Below are positions 14,731 to 30,672 of a DNA stretch of 64,000 bases, in pieces. The position numbers and the translations under genes are program-made. Under the pieces are notes generated by a model. That model made no database searches. It worked only from the letters and a program-made list of their open reading frames with translations, and was not told where the DNA came from. Every line of letters starts with the position of its first letter. Within the stretch, counting starts at the first letter, position 1. This stretch comes from the human T2T-CHM13v2.0 reference genome, Homo sapiens, in NCBI RefSeq assembly GCF_009914755.1, contig NC_060938.1. One strand, written 5' to 3'.

Positions 14731-15758
14731 AATGGCAGTCCCTATGTTCTGCAAATTCTAAGATCATTGATCAAACTCTGAGTGATCTTGTTGAAGCTCC
14801 CTTCACCTGAGGCAAAAGGAAGCCACCTCCATGTGCGGAGCACATGAAGTCTCTCAAAATATTTCCTTTTCCCAGCCTCCTAAACACCAATCTCTTTCAT
14901 GAGCCATATCTTGATGACAGACCAGTTCTAGCCGAACTCGATTTGGACTACACGTTTTGCAAATCCTGGAGAAGAGGTGCAGCAACTCCTCATGATGCAA
15001 TGTTTGTAGAATTGATTGGTTGTTCATTTTAGACTCTAGAGTCTCTTTGAAAAAAATGCTGAACAAAGAAGAAAATTCACATTTAGTATCCAATTGCATA
15101 AAGAAAACCACAAAAATTACTATCCAAATACAAATGTTACTTATTTTTCATTCTTTTTCTCTCCTTTAATACAAACACAATTGAATTAATATTTTAGGTA
15201 GGGTTATATATATCATTTGTTGTTACTCATTGTTGCTTATGAGGTCATGAGCATTTCTCCACGTTGCTAAATATTCATCCAAAGTGGAAATATTTAAATA
15301 ATCGAATAGTATTATTGGGTTTTGTATATGGGGATCAGATAACTTCTTTCTAGTTCGTAATTGCTGGGCTGCGTGGAGCCATGCCTTGACCTGTTAAAGA
15401 GGATATGTCTACAATCCGAAATTCCTGAGCATTGACTGAGCTGGGCCAGTGACTACTACTGGTTCTCTGCATTGGCTCACTTGGGAAGGAAATGAGTGGT
15501 TTTTAAGTATAGCTGGGAGAATGAAATGGAAATGTAAGCTATTTCTCTTTTCTTCTAATCCGGAACAAAATTACATTTTTGAGCCTCTTTAACAGGTAGA
15601 TACAGCTGTGGGAGTAAGGCGTGGGTAACAGAATGTAGGCAATCTGTCCCATAAAAACCTCCTCGATGATCTCTACTGTCTTGTTTTCTCCATTCATGTT
15701 TGTTAGAGTTCCAAGCTTAAAGCCGTATTAGATGACTTTGTGTTGAGCGTAGTAGAAC

Positions 15759-15784
15759 TTTTTTTTTTTTTTTTTTTTTTTTTT
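15759..15784. repeat. poly(T) tract (~26 nt) preceding a TAGCAG acceptor-like site
   Basis: Read directly. Confidence 0.95.
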
Positions 15785-15804
15785 ACCTTTTTATAGCAGG
15801 CTCC

Positions 15805-16250
15805 TGTTACAGAGCAAATAGGCTTATAGCCCAATGCTCACAGAAATTAATACCTATGGTTCTGGCTTTCAAGAAAAGCTGTATTGCAAAAACAGCCAGT
15901 TGAAAGGCTATTGTTGAGCTTAAATATATGTACCCAATTTGAAGTGTGGGGCACATTTTAAGAGATCAGAGGTCAAGAGAAAGGATTTAGGAATGTTGGC
16001 TTGGCAGGGTCTGATTAGAGGGCTTCAAATTTGACCACTTACAGTAAGGTATGTTGAGGCAGATCTTACCGCAGATCTTCTGGGCCAACAGACTCCTCAC
16101 TTCTGAAAAAGTTCTACCATTCAGGCTCCAGTCATGTATCAATCTTCTTGGCTCTGAGGGGAAGAATCATTTATTCCAGGTGTTGTTAGAAGTAAAAGCT
16201 TTTGCTATTGCGCATGCCCAGGCTGCATAACACAGTTTTTAGCTCTGTCT
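15805..16250 (-). mobile_element. ERV1-class solo LTR relic (MER31/MER67/MER92-like; family uncertain)
   Basis: Begins tgttacagagcaaataggctt...gctttcaagaaaagctgtattgc, resembling the antisense end of MER4-group LTRs; attgcgcatgccc near the other end. Confidence 0.5.
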
Positions 16251-18019
16251 TATTGAATGATAATTTTTTTTTTGTATTTGAAAATAACCCAACCCTAAAT
16301 CAACAGAGATCTCCAAATGAAGAAAGCAATACTTTTGCATCAATTTACCTTTGCACTGCTTCTCAGTAAACTTCGTTTCCTGGAATTCTTATAAATAAGC
16401 AGGAATATATTGTGATATATTGGCACTGTGAATTACCAATCATTATAGTTAAGAGCATATTCTAACAATAAAATGTAAAAATAATTGGCCAGGTAAAATA
16501 AATGTAGGGTTATTTTTAAACTAAATTAAAAAAATAAGACATTTGTTTAAGAGATTTATCTATGTTAAAAAACCAAGGGTGGCATAAAATATAATTTTGG
16601 AATAATAACTTTAAAATTTGAATGTGATAAAAATAGGCATGTTAGCAATATTTGAACTTCAGCCAATCTCTGATGATTTTGTAAGTAAAATTTTTAAAAA
16701 TTAAGAAATTTACTTAAAAATAATTTATTTTGTTTTATGTGGAAACTACAAGAATTTTTATTTGAATCCAAATTTAGCCTAGTAGATTGTCATTCAGCTA
16801 ATTATAGGAATACATTTGTGAGTTATGGGAGAGTTCTTGGATTAAAATAGAGATTCTGTACTACTAACATACTGACTGAACAATTATAACTCTTGGTTGG
16901 GGGTCAGAGATTTAACAAGAAGTGAACTTAACTTTATCAACAGTTTAAAGCTAAGTTAAATATTAACAATTTATATTTTTCAAAATTCTTATTGTCTTGC
17001 TGATAAAAATTACAGAACTATCAGAATGAATTTTCCACATCAGCCACAAGAATGACCTTCCGGCATACAAGACACTTCTTACCATGTAATGCAAGGGAAA
17101 AAAAAGTTCAGGTAAGGGAGTTCTCCCTAGAAACCACGTAATCTCTGTCACTTCCACTTTCTGTTTGGAAGGAGTTCTTATATATAAATTACCTGGTATT
17201 TCACAATGTGATATTGCCACATCTCATTGGTATGGGCAGCCAAACCTGCTCTGACAGGTGAACAAAGATTCTATACTACCTAGTGACTGAATGAACTAAA
17301 TTGTGTCTGTTGAGGGTCAAGGATTGAATGTTGACATAGAGATCTAACCAGAAGTGAACTAACACAGACTTAAGAAACCAAGAGAGGGTAAAAATGGAAG
17401 CTGTGAAACCACAGAAACCATGGGTAAGCAAAAGCCACAAGGGGGAGCAATAGGGGAGAGAGAGTAGGTGATCACTGAAAGTGTCAGTAGACATAAAAGC
17501 AGAAACAGAATAATTGAATCACTGCAAAGGAAACTATAGAGCTCTAAGCATTGAACACCTGCTGGTGAGGTGAGAACATGATTACTAGGTAGCTAGAACT
17601 GAATACAACCTGGAAAGAATTATATAACTTCATTACACATGAAGTCATGCAGCCATTGAGACTCTAAAGTTCTCTCTTACTTCTCTGGTGGTGCGGAGGT
17701 GGCTTTAAAACAATGCCTCATTAGCTGCAATTATGTACACACATCTCTTTTACTCAGAACCCATCTGACAATTCTAACACAAATGGCTAGAATGCTTTTG
17801 AGTAGTCGTTTATTTCATGATAAATTATTGTAATTATACTCATTCATTCTTGATTATAACAAGTCAGAACATTTGTGTTTCAATTGTTTTATTATTATTC
17901 TGTCTTGTGAAAATTTTTATATTTCTTTCATAGATGAGATAACAGAGATAGAGAGGTTGAATACCTTGCCCAAATATCTCTGGCAAATAAATGGAGAAGA
18001 AGGGTAAATGCATGAATAT

Positions 18020-18235
18020 AAGTGCATATGATTTTTGCAAAAAATGAGAACATACTCCTCAATTTGTTCCATAAATTGCTATTTTACCAATTATGTTATA
18101 TAGTTATTCTTCCATGTAAGTATACATGTTTCTTCCTCAGACTTGTTAACTGTTGAATAGTATTTCATAGCACTGAAACACTGGAATTTGTTTAACCATT
18201 TCTCTACTTACGGCTTATTTATTTCCAGCTTTTTA
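18020..18235 (-). mobile_element. Old L1ME-like 3' fragment
   Basis: tcttccatgtaagtatacat...actgttgaatagtatttcatag...atttgtttaaccatttctctact. Confidence 0.55.
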
Positions 18236-18320
18236 TTCCTGGAGATGTAGCAGGATATCAAATGATGGCTTATTTATTTGCAGTTTTTCATCCCTGGAAA
18301 TGTAGCATGATATCAAGTGA
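18212..18320. repeat. 55-bp tandem duplication (two units, 7 mismatches over 54 nt)
   Basis: ggcttatttatttccagctttttattcctggagatgtagcaggatatcaaatga versus ggcttatttatttgcagtttttcatccctggaaatgtagcatgatatcaagtga. Confidence 0.92.
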
Positions 18321-19779
18321 GACTTTTCTCATGCCTAGATACAAATTCACAATCTATGGAAAACTATACTATAGAAATCTGGGACTAGTCTTTCTCTTAA
18401 AATGATTTAGAGGTGGCCCAATCCTTCCTTAGAATGAGTACTAAATAGGAGGAGAAAGAAAGAACATTGTAATTGTGAGTTGTCAGCCTGCCAAAGAATA
18501 CTGAAACTTTTCCTTCATAAATTGGGAGTATGCTCATATGCTTTTGCTTACCCTTGGTTTCTGTGATTTCACACCTTCCATTTCGCCCCCTCTCTTGGTG
18601 TCTTTGAATCAGCATTAGTTCACTTGCTGTTAGATCTCTATGTCAACATTCAATCCAAGTTGAGTGAGAAAAGTCCAACATTTAATCCACGTTGAGGGAG
18701 AAAAAAGTCCAAAAATCCAGAAGGATTCTCTGAATTTGAAGATGCCTGAGGAAGGGAAAATGAGCATCCCATTCACAGCTGTACATCTGCAAACATTCAG
18801 GTCCTCAAGCCCACTCCTTGCCAGCACCAGCCTTCTTTATAAACCACGATGTAAAAAGAGTTTGCCCTGACAAACATACTTGTCAACGGTGGTTGATTTA
18901 AAAATGCCAATGGACCATCCAGGATAAGAAAGAAAGTAACCAATAAAGAGGGATAACTAAGTGCCAATAAGATACAAATATTTTATCAATATTTTGTATT
19001 TTTCAATACTCTACCCTGCTCCATTACCAGAAAAGAAGAATGTAAAGGGGACTTAAAGAGTAGATAATGCCCCTCCACCATCTGAGTACCTCAAGCCATA
19101 CTTTAACCTGTTCTGAGAAAGGGTAGGACATAGTCTTATAATTGGATTTGAGATACTGGCATTCAGTGCGATAATATAACCCCTCATTCAGATCATCTTT
19201 CCCACTGAGAGCAACTACAAACTCCAGACAAAACAAAACAAAAACAACTAGCTAAGTATTCAGTGATTCAGTGGAGTCAAACTTAGATAAATGACAAAAA
19301 AGTAGTCAATTTCCCATTTTCTTGCAGTTTTTCCCTGCAGGCTGACCACAGACACAGAGCAGCTCATCACAGGCAGCTAATTTTGCTAAAAACCTCACTT
19401 ACTTTCTGGACATAGAAAAAAGGAAAAGGATCCTGGACAACCATGGCCAGCTGTCAGAAAGTGAGGGGAATTCTCACAGGAGAGAAAAAATGGAGGATGA
19501 GATCCCATGATTCTGCATATGCACACAATCTCAAATTGATCCATAAACCACATCATTGGGGACGAACTCAAATCAATCACTTCAGCAAAGGCTTAAATAA
19601 TAGGATGGAGATTCGAACAAGCATCCACAGAAGATGAGACTGAGCTAACAGAATGACTTGAAAAGATGAATTATTAGCTAAAACAAAAGCATCAACTTAG
19701 AGGAATATAAAAGATCCTGGATTGAATACAACATACTATCCACAGTGCCATAGTCCAAAATTATCAACGTTAAAACAAA

Positions 19780-20590
19780 ATGAAAGTATATGTCATGACA
19801 AAGATTTGGAAACGTGTTTATAGGCCTTTCATTTACAATAACAAAAAAATTGGAGATAACCCAAACATCTATCAATGTAAGAACATAAAATCAAAGTATG
19901 TTCAATAGAATACTGAAAAAGTCTGCCTGTGCCAAGTGTTGGTAAAGATGTAGAGCAACTGGAACTCTCATATATTGCTGGTGGGAATGTAAAAGAGCCC
20001 AGCTACTTTGAAAAACAGCTTGGCAATTTTATAAAAATTTAAACATATGCTTATTACATGTTTATATGAAACCCAGGCATATTTATCCAAGAGAGATGAA
20101 ATCATATGTCTCTATCAATTTTTGTAGATAAATGTTTACAGCTACATTATTTGTAAAAGCTCAAAACTGGAAATAGCCCAAACATCTATCCACAAATAAA
20201 TGTATCAAAATGTTTTCCATAGAATGAAATACTACTTGGCAATAAAAAATGAATTATCAACACATGTAACAACATGGATGAATCACAAAATAATTACGCT
20301 AAATGAAATAAGTCGGATACAGAAAGCACACATAATATACGATTGCATTTACAAGAATTTCTAGAAAATGCAATCTGACCTATGTAGTTCAGTAATTGGC
20401 TGGGGACAGGAGTGATGGGAAGATCAGGTTGATTGCAAAGAAGAACATGGAAAATTCGGGGGAGTGAAAGAAGTGTGTACTGTCTTGATTGCAGTTATTT
20501 CACAAGTGTATCGCATATTCCAAAACTTACCCAATTATGTACTTGACATATATAGTTTATTGTACATAAAATATAGTTCAATCGAGTAAT
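19780..20590 (+). mobile_element. L1ME/L1MD-like 3' end (two overlapping-region fragments in tandem)
   Basis: gccaagtgttggtaaagatgtagagcaactggaactctcatatattgctggtgggaatgtaaaa...aacaacatggatgaatcac; the cccaaacatctatc motif occurs twice. Confidence 0.8.
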
Positions 20591-20989
20591 ATAAAAATGT
20601 AGATTTGAGATAAAATTTAAACTGTAATTAACTGGAAAGTTCTGGACATGTCCTGGTTGTAATGAAAGGGACTGCTACTCAGCTGGCAAAAGAAATTGAG
20701 TGCAGTGTGATTAGAAGTAGTAAAGAAAAATACTACTGTTTGATGGTTGTAGCCCAGAAATTTCAAACTGCTAGATGCCCTAGATATCCAGATACTTCAC
20801 TCATGACCTTTACTCATGTTATATCTTGATAAATACTGCCAAATAGCCCTTCCAAACAGTTAAACTAATTTTAAAGTCTGACAAGAAATGCTTGTGACTG
20901 TTCACTTCCCCCTCTGCATCATCATTAATACTAAATAGTTACAATCTCTTTATGGAGCGAGATGATCAATGAAAAACTTAAAATAAAAT

Positions 20990-21330
20990 GCAAAGTAGGA
21001 GCCAAAAGGAATAGAGAAATCCAAAACTTGAAAGGTCATAAGAGAGGGAGAAAAAGTGAGGGAGAGAAGCTTTCCAAAGAGTCAATGTAAATAATGTCAA
21101 ATGCTGTAGACAGGTCAAAGTTTCTATTTTATTTAAGAACACGTAAGCTGTCAATGGTTTGGATGAAAGCAATTTCAGCTATTGGTGGTGAGAACAGAAA
21201 GTTGATTATCATTGTTGAGGGGTAAATGAGGTGAATGAGAGGAAACATAGTCAGTTTTACTGTTTTTTGTTTCTGGAGGATTTTTTTTTAAAGAATTTTA
21301 CTGTGAAGGGAGAAGATAGTCACTACAGTA
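20990..21330 (-). mobile_element. L2 relic
   Basis: tgtcaaatgctgtagacaggtcaa...gaaagcaatttcag...aagaattttactgtgaagggagaag. Confidence 0.6.
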
Positions 21331-23832
21331 TAAATGTTATTTTTTTTTAATTTAAATTTTTGGAAGCGGTTTTACTTTGCAAATGACAGATACTTGAGTA
21401 TGTTAAAACATTCATGAGAAACTTAATGGCAAGGTCATTTTTGTGACAGGAAATAAGAGAAATTTGATGTAATGAGATTCCAAGTGAATGAGATTCAATA
21501 TGATTTTATGTATAATTTTAGGATAAAGGCGTTGCCATTTTAGTATTTGAGAGGAAGGCAAACATTTATGTAAATGCAATAAATTCGGTAGATCTGGAAT
21601 TCTGATGCTCCTTACAAATGGATCTTTTCTCTGAGAATTATCAGGCTATTGTAGGTGCTGCATATTGTGAGGTTGAAAAAAAAGATTCTTCAGAATGGGA
21701 GAAAGAAACAATTTGACTTGGCAAGTATGAAAATTCAGCTCAGCACTGCTAGGGGTTTCAATAATCAGAGAGGATATCCCCAGTCCAGGTATCTGGAAAT
21801 AACCACAGGGTTTATCTAATTCCTTCTAAAGCTACAGTAGGATTTATCATCTTTTAATCTGCACTAAGGAATGAAAACATTTAAATGTAATGGCATGGCA
21901 AATTTATGGCATCTATGCTCATAAGTAAGTACAAATAAAATAATATACTTTCTTTTATTTCCTATGATGGAACTAAACTTTTCCTTCAAATATTCCATTT
22001 TAATTACTAGGACAAATAAGAGAAAAATATTTATTTTAAATTTGCCAATTACTGGTATCAGAGTCTTGAGTATAAATAATCTAATTTAAATGGCTCTTTA
22101 TTTTAGATAATTCTTAGTCATGTTCTTTTTTACATCCTTGCCCTTCAGCTTTCCTTCACTTCTTCATTCCTTTCCAAAAGTTTGTCTGAGTATGTAGGTG
22201 ATTTTTACGGCAGTAACAGATGTTGTTCAATCATCAAATTGATAATACCCGGGGTGTGAACAGACTCAGTTGCCCTTTTGAATCACTGTACTGGCACACA
22301 ACACTGTAGTCTTGGTCCTTTTTTTCAGTTAAAAAGTATCTACATATCACTGAAACCCAGATGCTATCATTTCATCTTCTTTGCAGCACTGACAAGGCAC
22401 ACATGAATTTCTGGACACAATCTAGACAACTCACTACTCATGGGAGTCTCTCTTGGGTTAATCTAACTGGGATGTTCCTTCTGCTAATGTAGTGCTATCC
22501 TCCTCCCTCAGTAATGAGTAGGACACTCATGTGGATGCAGCCTCCTCTTAGCATCCTGCTGTCTCCCTCAGGCAAGGCCAGAGGAAGCAGGCCACTAGCC
22601 CGCTGTTCTTGGAATCCTCCATGCCCATTTTGATATTTTCTAGTTATGATTGGCACCAGGGCAGGGCAATAGGTAGAGGTAGATGAGGATGTCTACAACA
22701 GGTAGAGATACATGAGGCTGTCAAATTAATTAATTAATTTAAGATCCAAAATACTGCTCCCCTTATTTTTATTTTCTATAAATTTAATCTAATACTAAAT
22801 TTTACATAATAAAACATAAAGACTACATGAGGTATTAGAAAAATGAACTTCCAATTCTTTGTCAGTAAGTAGCAGGTGACATTATTTAGTCCAGTAAAGA
22901 TATTTAGAAACTAGTATCTTTCGCGGTTCTCTGTAGATTCCTCTTCTTCCACTTTTGTTATTCTTATCCTTTGTCTCACAGGTTTTGACCCAGTGCTCAC
23001 ATTTGCCAACATATCTTTATCCCCAGCCTGTGCTTTTAATCAGAACCTTAGTACTGTCTAGTTAAGTAGACTGTCCCATCCAGCATAATATTCAAAATAC
23101 AATCTGCTTTCACTGATAGTGCAAGAACGGCTGTAAAACCTTTCAGCTCCTCTCTCTTGATCTTTCTCAATAATTTGTGAACTTCATTTTCATAATCAAA
23201 TACATCTTTTTCAAATACAAATATTCTGTTTTTTTTATGGTGACTTTAAATGATCCTAGGCTGGAGATAGTTTTTGTTTGGATTCAAACTCACAGTAAAT
23301 TCTCCCATTAGTTAAATATTGAAGGAATTGATGGTGCTGTACATTATCTCTCAATCATGATTTCAGCCAAGTAAGGCATGTTACCATCTAACCATTTCAC
23401 TCTGCCATGGATGTTTGTCCCATATTTGCCTACTCAGCATCCACCCCTGCTTTCTATATCTGTGAGTCATAGTTTAGGACAAGACTCCAAGTACGTCCAC
23501 TGAGAGGAGCCACTTATGCCCTATTCCCACCATATGACACCTAGGGCATAAGCATGGGAGCTGGGATGCTGAATCTGGCCTGAGTGGAGGAAAGAATAAT
23601 GGAGCAAATATGCACTCACAGTGGCTGGCCTAAGCAGTGTGGTATCCACCAATGGTGCTCAATGCTAGCAGCTGTGGATTACTGCCAAATCATGGTTTTT
23701 AGTTTTCAATTTTCTGTATTTAAATCTTAAATCTAAAAAAAATTAAGTTCTCTTACACAAAATTCTTTCCATATATTCATATTTGCTCCTCATTCTTTTT
23801 TCTTTTTTAGATATTTAGATTGTTTTTATTGC

Positions 23833-26158
<2,326 letters not shown>

Positions 26159-26159
26159 T

Positions 26160-26910
26160 TTTGTTGGAGCATACACTTAGGGTTGAACTTCCTCATTCTC
26201 TGTCCTAAATAAAGTCAGTTCCTTTGGGGTGAGCTGCAGTGCATTCTGTTCCTGTATTCTTTCCCCAAGGAAAAATTCTGATTTATTGCTTCAGAGTTAT
26301 GATCAAGACAATGACCAGATCCTCTTGGAGTTACATACCTGTTTTATGAGCAGAGTTTTCAGCATAATCCTCTCGTCTTCCCAGCTTGCCTCTCCTCTGT
26401 GGAACTTCCATATTATGATAGAGTTGGGTCAATGGCTATTGCGGTATTAGTGTTCTTGGTCTGTGATGCCTGGAGTTAGAGCCTCTGCTCTAAGGATGGG
26501 TGCCAGGTGGAAGATTGGGGCTTGAGATATCTTGGCTAACCTCATTTGGAATTTAGCCTCTGCAAAACAGAGCTCAAAGAGATGAAAAATGATGGCAATC
26601 TGCTTTTTCTGGTGACATATAGTAGCCATTGATGGGGAGCTGGGACAAAAAGAATTCCTGTCTTGGTGTCCACACCTGCCTATTGGAAAGTCTGTCATGC
26701 TGAGGGGGAGGGGTGGGGGCAGAAGGATTAGGCTGTAACTCAAGTCTGACAGACTAGCTGTTCTTACAGAGATTTAGTATATTTCCATGACTAAACGTTT
26801 CTTGGTTTGCTCTATTCCCTTGTGGCAATTTTCAGGGACTTTGAATGTTTCTTTGTGTTTTTTTAAGTAATTTTCACCACTTAATGGTTTTTCACTGGGA
26901 ATAGGTTAAA
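26160..26910 (-). mobile_element. Old L1M (L1MC/MD-type) 5' region
   Basis: aaataaagtcagttcctttgg and acagactagctgttcttacagagatttagtatattt...caattttcagggactttgaa resemble antisense L1M 5' ends. Confidence 0.5.
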
Positions 26911-27254
26911 TTATTATTTATAATGTATATTAAATTTCTATTTCTAGTCTAACAGTGTCATTGAAAGCCTTTTTTATATTTTCATGCACATAACAAATCT
27001 ATTTATCTGTGGAAGGCCAGATTATATGAAGAAAATATTTTCTGGTATTACTTTCAAAACGTACATACTTCTTTTTATGATTTAGTTTTTTTATTGTTTA
27101 ATTTAACAGCCCTATTGTGTGAAAGGCTTTTAGAGGCATATTGAATTATGTGTTACATATCATAACATTCTAATTCTGAAGAACGGAATTTTTGGCAGTA
27201 ACTTACCAAAAGATTATAGCTCAGAAATTTCTAGGATTAATGTCCATTGCTCTA

Positions 27255-27370
27255 TCTCTTTTGTGTAAAATGGAGACAATTGTTCAGTGTTGTTATGAGG
27301 ATTAAATTAATATATGCAAAATAGTTAAAAAGAGTACCCGGCACATGGTATGCACCCAGTAAATGTTGAC
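27255..27370 (+). mobile_element. MIR SINE relic
   Basis: tgtaaaatggagacaat...tgttgttatgaggattaaatta...cccggcacatggtatgcacccagtaaatgtt. Confidence 0.75.
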
Positions 27371-29714
27371 AATTGTTGCTGTGATTATTGTAGTTGTTAT
27401 TCTTGTGAATGAAGATGGCTTGGTGGTGAAACATAGGTTTAACAATAAAACATTTTTGCCAGTATAGATTTTGATTTAAAAATATAAGGAAAGTTTCATT
27501 TTCTTTTTACTCTAAACATTAGAGTTTTCTGAGAGGGTAGAGATATAAAATTAGCATTGGCTCATATTCAATCTTTCACAAAGAACAGTTATTGATACAC
27601 TCACCCTCTGGTTTAAAAGCTCACTGAAATTCAAAGGAATGTAGTAATTTCTTTGATTCCAGTTCACATCATGAAGCCATCTTTTGAGAAATGCTATTGC
27701 TTAGCTTTGGAGCTGAATAGAGATTCTTTCTTTTTGAATTCTACTTCATCCATGTTTCTAATCTGTTTTCTATACTGATCTCTTTGAGATTAAACAATCT
27801 TAAATCAAAGCTTTATTTGTTTGAGCTATAGAATGTGCTGCAATTATTTAAAAATCACAGGCTTCTTCTGTACTCAGCAGCTGGTACAGATTTTGAGAAA
27901 AAGAAGTCATGAGTACAAAGGGACAACACAAACATCAAACATGATGATAAATTTGGCTTATTCACTACCTTGATATTAAATTTACAACAACTTAACTTAT
28001 ATGAAGTATATTTGTATTTATTTTTTTTCCAAAAAATTATTCCAATACGAGCTCAAGAATATTGGTTGAAATTATGAGTACTATAATATTGAAGTTATTA
28101 TTTGCATATGTGAAACTAATATAAACCTTTATCATTTTTCATCAGGTACTTCAATAGGATGTTGGAAAAGAAGACTTCCACTCTAATAGGATGAAAAAAT
28201 GATCATTTATTTACATCATTCTGATTTCTTTTAATTGCTTCACAATCCACTATAAAGAAGATTCGCTCTGACCCTAAATTTTCTACTTTTTTTCCCACTT
28301 TTCTCTCACATAAATTAGGTGTTTCATTCTTTTTCCTCCTTATTATTTTATTTACACCATTCTGTGTTGAGCACAGAAAGGTGGAAGTATATAGCCCTGT
28401 TCTCTGTTTTTAATGCTCTGTATATTTTTGTTTCCTTTTCTGTGGAATCAGTTTTTCATTATCCTTATAAGGAGATGCCATTTTTCTCAATCTTTCCTTA
28501 AAATCTAACTAACTTCTTTACTAAGTCATTTCTGTTCCTTATAGAATAGTGAATGTGACTGTTCTTAGTGTATTGACTGGTCCCTTTACATCAGCATTGT
28601 AACTTTTAGGTATTAGTTTACTTTCATATGATTGTTATTTCATATATCATTGTGAACATATTTTTTTCCAAAAATAAAATACATATTGACCTAAAAGAAA
28701 TTGCATCTAAAAGAAAACCTGCCTAATGTGCTACATTTTGATATTTCAGAGGAATTACTTTTAGTCTAATTCTTGTAATCTATAATCCCTTTTTATATAG
28801 TGGTTTATGCACTAGTTTGTGAACTGATTGATTGTAACTGGTATGGGAGGTAAGGCGCTCACAAAAATATGTAGATTAATTATGTGTTTTTTTTTTTTGT
28901 AGAAAGACATTTTCTATCAAAGATACAGTGTATTTATTTCCATTCTAGAATAAGCTCTCTATTGCCTAAAATACTGGTAACAGTCTGTAGGCTGGCACTG
29001 GTTCACAGACCCCATTTTGAGGTCTATAGCATTGCTATAGAGAATTCTAATACTCTCTTTAAAACCATGTACTTGAGAAAAAACTTTATATTGCCTGTGC
29101 CTGCCTATAGAAAAAATTATAAATTTACTTTCTGTGGGTATTTTTTGGCATTCTTAAAATTACAAAATCTTGATTTTGTCAACTACAAGTGTACTGATTA
29201 TAAAAGTGTTCTTTTCTTTCATAGAAATAAACATGGCTTTATGGTTGAGAAATTGTATCTTCAGGGTACAACCTAGAAAATAAATAGAAATATGCTAACT
29301 TTTCAAAGGCGATATCAAACAGGGAATTGATTAAAAAGTGTTAGAAGGACTGGTGTAACAAAAGGGAGAATTGTTAGCAGAACACAGAGAATAAGTGTGT
29401 TTTCCAGAAAACTACAAATGCCACTGGACTAGAATCCAGTAACTAGTGCCTACTGCTGGTCTGCAGTAGGGCAGCTGTTCAGGGGCTGAAACTGCTAAAA
29501 ATGGATACCAGAGCTATGCCGGTACTTGCTTACCAAACCAACACTAAGGAAGTCTAGCCACTGATGGAACTGCTGGAATTCTCATTCACCTAATCTCATC
29601 CAAGCTATAGCAACACCAGCAATTTCCAGCAGCTACCAGCAATTGCCACTGCTGTCTATACTAAAAGCTTCTCAGTTCTAACAGCCTTCAAATTACCTTC
29701 CAGAGGCAAGAGGC

Positions 29715-29935
29715 AGCATGGTGAAAGCAAGAGCAAGAGAGAGGAGAGAGCAGCCACACATTTTTAAACAAGCAGATCTCACTATCACAAGGACAGTACC
29801 AACAGGATGATACTAAACAATTCATGAGAAACCGCCCCCCATAATCCAGTCACCGCCCACTAGGCCCCACCTCCAACACTGGGGATTATAGTTCAACATG
29901 CGATTTGGGTGGTGACACAGATCCAAACTTTATCA
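29715..29935 (-). mobile_element. MSTA-like MaLR LTR fragment
   Basis: cagatctcactatcacaaggacagtacc...taggccccacctccaacactggggattatagttcaacatgcgatttgggtggtgacacagatccaaactttatca. Confidence 0.85.
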
Positions 29936-30360
29936 CAGGCCAAGGTCAAGGCTTGGTTGAGAAGAAGGCTCAGAGGAGCCTGACCAAAATTTGTTGTGCT
30001 TGGTATTACCAAATTAATACCAATCCATTGATGTGTCCAAGATGCCCAGTTTTTCACATTTACAAACCAGCTATGTTTTCAAATGTGTTCACCTTTGTCA
30101 ACCAGATGTGCAAAATTAGGGTGTCTCCTTACAAACTTTCTGCTAGTGAATATCAAAACTCGTAAATGGATGCATCATCTTTTCTAATAATATATCTTAA
30201 ATTAAGTAATTATGGATAAAGGGCAAGGCATTTATCAATATGTTGTTTATAATAGTGAAAAATGGGGAAGTAGCCTAAATATGCCTTTGGGGATTTGTTA
30301 AACAAATTGTAGCACATTCACAGGATGAAATTATTTATAGCCATTAAAAATCACGCATAA

Positions 30361-30672
30361 GAGCTGGCAGGGTCACTCATGCTTATAATCCCAACACTTT
30401 GGGAGGCTAAGGCAGGAGGATTGCTTGAGCCTAGGAGTTCAAGACCAGCCTGAGCAACATAGGGAGACCTCATCTCTACAAATAAAAAATAAAACAATTA
30501 GCTGGGCATGGCGTGCCTGTAATCCCAGCTACTCAGAAGGCTGAGGCAGGAAAATCACATTTTGGAAGTGAAGCTGCAGTGAGCTGTGATCACACTTCAT
30601 CCTGGGCAACAGAGCACAATCTTGTCTCAAAAAAAAAAAAAAAAAAAAAAGAAAGAAAGAAAGAAAAGAAAA
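30361..30672 (+). mobile_element. Alu (AluJ-like) with 15-bp TSD
   Basis: ggaggattgcttgagcctaggagttcaag is AluJ-type. TSD aaaaatcacgcataa (30346-30360) / aaaaatcaagcataa (30673-30687) at a TT/AAAA site. Confidence 0.95.

Noticed and set aside
14854-15111. Minus-strand 85-aa ORF with an acceptor-like site near 15060
   Set aside because: No recognisable homology and no supporting exon chain.
28884-29276. 130-aa plus-strand ORF
   Set aside because: Non-ATG start, F/K/L/Y-rich composition typical of AT-rich noncoding DNA, and it overlaps apparent repeat relics.
29605-29655. Repeated ccagca 10-mers resembling a spaced array (CRISPR-like)
   Set aside because: Only 3-4 degenerate 10-bp units with no spacers, in a primate context with no cas genes; simple low-complexity repeat.
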